DNA of 32,000 bases from Nitrosopumilus maritimus SCM1 (GTDB lineage Archaea > Thermoproteota > Nitrososphaeria > Nitrososphaerales > Nitrosopumilaceae): assembly GCF_000018465.1 (NCBI RefSeq), contig NC_010085.1, positions 30,001 to 62,000 of the forward strand, in the 5' to 3' direction. Below are positions 28,063 through 32,000 of the stretch, piece by piece (position 1 is the stretch's first letter; each line of letters opens with the position of its first letter). The notes under the pieces are model-generated. The model was not told where the DNA came from and did no database searches. It worked only from the letters and a program-made list of their open reading frames with translations. The position numbers were made by a program, and so were the translations under genes.

Positions 28063-28605
28063 TTGCTTCTAATTGTAGATAATGGTTCTATTTACACAAA
28101 AAATCTAACTGATTTTCTTACTAGAAAAAATATTCCATTTGAAACTAAGACACCATTTACTATAGATATCAATTCATTATCTAATTATGATTCTTTTATT
28201 TTATCTGGAAGAAGAAAAAACGAAAAAAAGATTAATGAAATAAATTCCAAAATTGTAAATTATTCTATGCAAAATAATTCTAAACTACTCGGTATATGTT
28301 ATGGTGCAGAAATCTTAGCTCTTACTTTAGGAGGAACCATCAAAAAAAGCTCATCTTTTCAGAAAGGAAATGAAACTGTAAAGATATTTGAGAATGATCT
28401 AACAAATAATGATTCTTTATTGGTTTTTGAGAGTCATAATTTTGAGATATCAAAGTTGCCTAAAGAACTAGTTTCTATTGGAGAATCTTCTAATTGTAAA
28501 TATGAAATTATCAAACATGTAAACAAGCCTATTTTTGGAACTCAATTTCATCCTGAAATGAGTCTAGATGGAAATAATCTGATTGAACAGTTCTGTCTAC
28601 TCTGA
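28063..28605 (+). CDS. class-I glutamine amidotransferase (GuaA-subunit-A-like), stand-alone
   Basis: LLIVDNGSIYT N-terminus, nucleophile elbow LLGICYGAEIL, and FGTQFHPE His/Glu motif. The TTG start lies immediately after the UPF0182 stop (28060-28062). Confidence 0.75.
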   Translation: MLLIVDNGSIYTKNLTDFLTRKNIPFETKTPFTIDINSLSNYDSFILSGRRKNEKKINEINSKIVNYSMQNNSKLLGICYGAEILALTLGGTIKKSSSFQKGNETVKIFENDLTNNDSLLVFESHNFEISKLPKELVSIGESSNCKYEIIKHVNKPIFGTQFHPEMSLDGNNLIEQFCLL

Positions 28606-28639
28606 ATGATTTTAATTACTCTGAAAATTTGATTAATTT

Positions 28640-29602
28640 ATGGAACAAGAAGACCATGAATTACTTTTACCTCTAGTTGAAGAAGAAAACATCTGCCTTC
28701 CATTGCCTGTTAATGTGGTCTCAAAATATTGGAATATTGATTTGCCCATGGCTGAAGCTACAGAGACTGCAAAAAAATATGCAGGATTTAACGGAAGTAT
28801 ACTAATTGAAGGAATTGAATCTGCAGAAAGACATGGATTGATATGTAAAATTGTGCATTCTTCTCTAAATGAACTAAAAAAAATTATTGATTCTGGAATC
28901 CCTCCAATAGTAATTCTTCCAGGAATACCTGAAGTTACTCAACATGCTTCAATTATTACTGGTTACAATAATGATGAAAAAACTATTTTGCATTATATCC
29001 AAACAGGAAATCAAGAAGGTGAAATGCAGGAAGGTGCAATTCCTGAAGATGTTTTTGAAAAAGAATGGTGTGAAGAAGGAAAGTTATTGATTGTACTTGC
29101 ACCTGAAGATATTATATCTTCTATCAAACTTGAAAATGATTCTTTTGATAAATCAAATCGATTATGTTTTGAATCAGAACGACAAAATATTCTAAAAAAT
29201 TACTCAGAAGCAATCAACTCTTTAAACCAAGCAATAGAATTGAATCCAGAAAATTCAACAGCACTCCATCTTTTAGGTACTATGATGAATGAACAAAAAT
29301 CTTCTGAATGTATAAAACTTTATGAAAAATGCTTAGAGCTCAATAATAGATCATATTTGACGTATAATGGACTTGGAAATTTTTATCTAAAAACAAATGA
29401 TTTTGAAAAAGCAGAAGATTGTTACACAAAAGCAATTGAAATTAATCCCAAACGTTCTGCTAAAATTTACAAAAATCGTGCTTATCTTAGAGAACAACAA
29501 AACAAGAATAACGATGCAAAAGACGATCTTAAAAATTATCTAAAATATTTTCCAAAAGCTCCTGATAGAGGAATTATAGAACAAGCAATTCGTGAATTAT
29601 AA
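28640..29602 (+). CDS. TPR-repeat protein with N-terminal C39-like (papain-fold) putative peptidase domain
   Basis: The C-terminal half has at least 3 TPR-like repeats (AINSLNQAIELNPEN..., YNGLGNFYLKTNDFEKAEDCYTKAIEINPK...). The N-terminal half has Cys19 (ENICLP) and His102 (TQHASIITGYNND), with spacing and context like C39-like domains. Confidence 0.6.
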   Translation: MEQEDHELLLPLVEEENICLPLPVNVVSKYWNIDLPMAEATETAKKYAGFNGSILIEGIESAERHGLICKIVHSSLNELKKIIDSGIPPIVILPGIPEVTQHASIITGYNNDEKTILHYIQTGNQEGEMQEGAIPEDVFEKEWCEEGKLLIVLAPEDIISSIKLENDSFDKSNRLCFESERQNILKNYSEAINSLNQAIELNPENSTALHLLGTMMNEQKSSECIKLYEKCLELNNRSYLTYNGLGNFYLKTNDFEKAEDCYTKAIEINPKRSAKIYKNRAYLREQQNKNNDAKDDLKNYLKYFPKAPDRGIIEQAIREL

Positions 29603-29676
29603 TGCGGAGTGCGGGATTTGAACCCGCGGCCTTCAGCTTGGGAAGCTGACATCATACCAGACTAAACTAACTCCGC
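29603..29676 (-). tRNA. tRNA-Gly (anticodon CCC), 74 nt, no encoded CCA, no intron
   Basis: The reverse complement is GCGGAGUUAGUUUAGUCUGGUAUGAUGUCAGCUUCCCAAGCUGAAGGCCGCGGGUUCAAAUCCCGCACUCCGCA. It has a 7-bp acceptor stem, U8, A14, G18G19, a 5-bp anticodon stem with loop UUCCCAA, a GCGGG/CCCGC T-stem with UUCAAAU loop, and discriminator A. The D-stem is weak (G-U, U-A, U-G, U-U). Confidence 0.9.
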
Positions 29677-29690
29677 TTGTGCTCTCTTCA

Positions 29691-29704
29691 TTAATTATAA
29701 TTAA
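29691..29704. promoter_or_regulatory. perfect 14-bp palindrome TTAATTATAATTAA; putative shared bidirectional TATA element
   Basis: It starts 15 nt beyond the tRNA 5' end (29676) and ends 25 nt before the ATG at 29729. These distances are compatible with an archaeal TATA box at about -26 serving both directions. Confidence 0.35.
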
Positions 29705-29728
29705 ATATCTTAATTCTCAAATTAGTAC

Positions 29729-29902
29729 ATGGATGCAAGATGTCCTGAATGTGAAAAAGTTGCAATACTGGATGATGATGTAACAAATGTAAAATGCCCT
29801 CATTGTAATTTTGAAGCAGATTATGACACGTATCTTGAAATCATGAAAGATCAAGCAATCAACATGTCTTCTGAATACATTCCTGATAGACCCGGATTAT
29901 AA
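29729..29902 (+). CDS. 57-aa zinc-ribbon micro-protein (below the ORF-track cutoff)
   Basis: ATG...TAA ORF reading MDARCPECEKVAILDDDVTNVKCPHCNFEADYDTYLEIMKDQAINMSSEYIPDRPGL. It has two CPxC knuckles 14 residues apart. Confidence 0.45.
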   Translation: MDARCPECEKVAILDDDVTNVKCPHCNFEADYDTYLEIMKDQAINMSSEYIPDRPGL

Positions 29903-29903
29903 T

Positions 29904-30026
29904 TTACCAATAATTTCCTTTATCTGAACAATCTAGATGCGCTCCACAATTAGGACAAAACATATGACAGGCCTGCATGTCGACCATCTTATTATCGCAC
30001 TTGGGACATCGTATATCTTCAGCCAT
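29904..30026 (-). CDS. 40-aa zinc-ribbon micro-protein (below the ORF-track cutoff)
   Basis: The minus-strand ORF reads MAEDIRCPKCDNKMVDMQACHMFCPNCGAHLDCSDKGNYW, with CPxC...CPxC. An alternative in-frame ATG lies at 30032. It is convergent with the 57-aa ORF, with 1 nt between the stops. Confidence 0.4.
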   Translation of the reverse strand: MAEDIRCPKCDNKMVDMQACHMFCPNCGAHLDCSDKGNYW

Positions 30027-30100
30027 GTTCATCTCTATCTCTGTTAATTTAAAAATAATGTCCAAAGGTTAATTAGTCGTTTTAGATTTTTTTCGAATAC

Positions 30101-30514
30101 TTGGCAAACTTCAAGATTACCATTTCCGATACCAAAGGAAAATCAATGTCTAAAGAGCTTAAAGATAGCGATGCTAATCCTCTCTTAGGACTTGAATTAG
30201 GACAAGAAACTGATGCTTCTGTTGTAGGTCTAAATGGAAAGTTAAAACTTACTGGAGGTAGTGACAAGTCTGGTGTTCCAATGAGAAATGATATTCATGG
30301 TGCTGCAAGAAAATACGTTTTGCTTTCTAAAGGTGTAGGTTTACAAGATGCAGAGAAAGGACAAAGAGTAAGAAAATTAATGCGTGGAAACACTGTTTCT
30401 GAAGAAATTTATCAAATTAATTGCAAATTTGATGGTGAATTACCTGTTGAAGAAGCTCCTGCAGAAGACGCACCAGAATCTGCAGAAGAAAAATCTGAAG
30501 ATAAAAAAGAATAA
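30101..30514 (+). CDS. rps6e: 30S ribosomal protein S6e
   Basis: ANFKITISDTKGKS...GLNGKLKLTGGSDKSGVPMRNDIHGAARKYVLLS...RVRKLMRGNTVSEEI. TTG start. Acidic C-terminal tail. Confidence 0.9.
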   Translation: MANFKITISDTKGKSMSKELKDSDANPLLGLELGQETDASVVGLNGKLKLTGGSDKSGVPMRNDIHGAARKYVLLSKGVGLQDAEKGQRVRKLMRGNTVSEEIYQINCKFDGELPVEEAPAEDAPESAEEKSEDKKE

Positions 30515-30545
30515 CTTAACATATAACGATTCTACCTTTTGACTC

Positions 30546-31808
30546 ATGCACTGGAGAGAGACACTTCCTGATTGGTACATTGAAAAGTATGGGTATCAAC
30601 CATGTGTTAACATTGGAACTGCTGGCCATGTAGATCATGGAAAAACTACTCTGATTCAAGCATTAACTGGTTCATGGACAAGTGTTCATAGTCAAGAACT
30701 AAAACGTGGAATTACAATTCGTGTTGGTTATTCTGATGCAGCATTTTACAAATGTAAAAACTGTGAAGAACCATTAGGGTATTCTACAACACCAAAATGC
30801 AACAATTGTGGTGGAGAAAGTGAACTATCTAGAGTTGTTAGTTTTGTAGATAGCCCAGGACACGAGAGTTTAATGGCAAATATGCTATCTGGTTCTGCAT
30901 TAATGGATGGAGCATTATTACTAGTTGCAGCAAACGAAAAGGTTCCAAGACCCCAGACAAAAGAACATCTTTTAGCACTCCAAACACTTGGAATTCAACA
31001 GATTGTAGTAGTTCAAAATAAAGTTGATTTACTATCTTACAAAGAAGCACTAGCAAATTATCAAGATATTACAAAATTTGTTAAAGGAAGTCATGCTGCA
31101 AAAGCACCAATTATACCAATTTCTGCCCAATCTGGCCTAAATGTAGATGCATTAATTGGTTCAATAGAATCTAATATCAAAACCCCTGACAGAGATGAAA
31201 AACAAGATACAGTTATGCATGTTTTACGTTCTTTTGATGTAAACAAACCTGGAACTAAATTAAAAAACATCAAGGGAGGTGTTATTGGTGGTAGCTTGAC
31301 TCAAGGTATATTCAACGTAGGTGATGAAATTGAGATAAAACCAGGAATACTAAATGAAAAGAAAAAAAATTATGAACCTCTTGTAACAGAGATTACTTCT
31401 TTAGGAACTGCTGCTGGAATTGTTGAATCTGTAAAACCTGGTGGCTTAGTTGCAATTGGAACTAAACTAGATCCATCAATGACTCGAAGTGACTCATTCA
31501 TTGGTTCAGTTATTGGAAAACCAGGTACACTACCAGAAAATTCTACAAAACTAAAACTAGATGTAACATTATTTGATTCAGCAGTAGGAACTACTGAGGA
31601 TATTAAAGTCCAACCAATACAAACAGGTGAACTACTTAGAGTGAATATTGGAACTGCTCCATTATTGGGTAAAGTAACTAAAGTAAAATCCAAAAATACA
31701 GAAATTGAATTACGAAGACCTGCCTGTATTTTTGAAGGTGGAAATGTAGCACTAAGTAGAAGAATTGATGAACGATGGAGACTAATTGGTGCAGGAATAG
31801 TTGGTTGA
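30546..31808 (+). CDS. eif2g: translation initiation factor aIF2 gamma subunit
   Basis: QPCVNIGTAGHVDHGKTTL G1 motif, zinc-knuckle insert CKNCEEP...CNNCGG, DSPGHE, and NKVDL. Confidence 0.92.
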   Translation: MHWRETLPDWYIEKYGYQPCVNIGTAGHVDHGKTTLIQALTGSWTSVHSQELKRGITIRVGYSDAAFYKCKNCEEPLGYSTTPKCNNCGGESELSRVVSFVDSPGHESLMANMLSGSALMDGALLLVAANEKVPRPQTKEHLLALQTLGIQQIVVVQNKVDLLSYKEALANYQDITKFVKGSHAAKAPIIPISAQSGLNVDALIGSIESNIKTPDRDEKQDTVMHVLRSFDVNKPGTKLKNIKGGVIGGSLTQGIFNVGDEIEIKPGILNEKKKNYEPLVTEITSLGTAAGIVESVKPGGLVAIGTKLDPSMTRSDSFIGSVIGKPGTLPENSTKLKLDVTLFDSAVGTTEDIKVQPIQTGELLRVNIGTAPLLGKVTKVKSKNTEIELRRPACIFEGGNVALSRRIDERWRLIGAGIVG

Positions 31809-32000
31809 AGTAATCTGCGATACCAGTTTTTTGATAAATCTTGCTACTAGAAGAATAAAAAATATTGATAATCTTGATGTCGAGATAGGTACAATTTCTT
31901 TTGTCGTTCCTGAGGTTGTAAAAACAGAATTATCAAAATTACTTAAAATTCCTGAAAAAAAATATGATATTGAAAAAACATTAAATTTTATCAAAAATTT
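31801..32000 (+). CDS. PIN-domain protein (Fcf1/Utp24-like), 3' end outside the window
   Basis: The TTG at 31801 follows an in-frame TAG. It reads (M)VEVICDTSFLINLATRRIKNIDNLDVEIGTISFVVPEVVKTELSKL, and the xxDTSxLI start is typical of PIN domains. It overlaps the eif2g stop by 8 nt. A PIN gene downstream of aIF2-gamma is a conserved archaeal arrangement. Confidence 0.6.
   Translation, partial: MVEVICDTSFLINLATRRIKNIDNLDVEIGTISFVVPEVVKTELSKLLKIPEKKYDIEKTLNFIKN

Noticed and set aside
29603-29676. Possibility that tRNA-Gly is a pseudogene, because its D-stem is weak (one Watson-Crick pair, two wobbles, one U-U).
   Set aside because: The acceptor, anticodon and T arms are perfect. The invariant positions U8, A14, G18, G19 and the UUCAAAU T-loop are all present. 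Weak D-stems are tolerated, especially in AT-rich genomes.
14340-31693. Further shadow ORFs: 14340..14576, 15845..16120, 18113..18340, 18600..18800, 19297..19620, 19528..19737, 19562..19783, 20920..21108, 21563..21748, 23555..23749, 24696..24884, 24726..24977, 26076..26309, 26409..26612, 27750..28013, 27853..28035, 30082..30267, 30838..31056, 31091..31273 and 31370..31693.
   Set aside because: All are nested in or antisense to well-supported genes (NFACT, cbiT, murI-like, cdvB, GT2, glyS, priL, priS, UPF0182, rps6e, eif2g) and lack motifs.
31782-31994. 70-aa minus-strand ORF at the window end.
   Set aside because: The plus strand in the same interval encodes a PIN-domain N-terminus (VICDTSFLI...). 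That gene is translationally coupled to eif2g, which matches a conserved archaeal gene order. The minus ORF is low-complexity and is most likely a shadow.
1-32000. Search for CRISPR arrays, long tandem or inverted repeats, transposase/integrase genes, rRNA, and toxin-antitoxin or other defence modules.
   Set aside because: None was found on visual inspection. The only PIN domain is the conserved Fcf1-like gene next to eif2g, not a VapBC pair. tRNA-Gly is not flanked by an integrase or by a duplicated tRNA 3' end.

Overview
AT-rich, gene-dense archaeal chromosome segment. The gene set points to an ammonia-oxidising thaumarchaeon of the Nitrosopumilus type: ESCRT-III/CdvB, PriS/PriL primase, aIF2-gamma, S6e, GPN-loop GTPase, NFACT/Rqc2, two-subunit aconitase-X, anaerobic-type cobalamin methyltransferases and tRNA-Gly. 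This placement is inferred from gene content and base composition, not from any search. About 38 protein genes sit on both strands, many separated by 0-35 nt or overlapping by 1-8 nt (ATGA, TAATG and TAGTG junctions). Content is mostly housekeeping: preQ0/archaeosine (folE, queC), thrB, sulfate activation and reduction (cysH-sat), base-excision repair (nth, nfo), mevalonate-pathway AcnX pair, cbiT-cbiL-cbiF, glyS, priL-priS, and rps6e-eif2g-PIN. I saw no CRISPR array, rRNA, transposase/integrase or recognisable defence genes. The items most worth a second look are: (1) a UPF0182 membrane protein directly abutted by an orphan glutamine amidotransferase and followed by a C39-like/TPR protein; (2) a glutamate-racemase homologue with both catalytic Cys replaced by Ser; (3) a ThiI-like THUMP protein with a degenerate PP-loop, divergent from cysH-sat; (4) a GC-rich structured intergenic element that may be a small RNA; (5) two zinc-ribbon micro-ORFs missing from the ORF track, next to tRNA-Gly and a palindromic TATA element. 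All family assignments come from reading motifs by eye and need HMM or BLAST confirmation.
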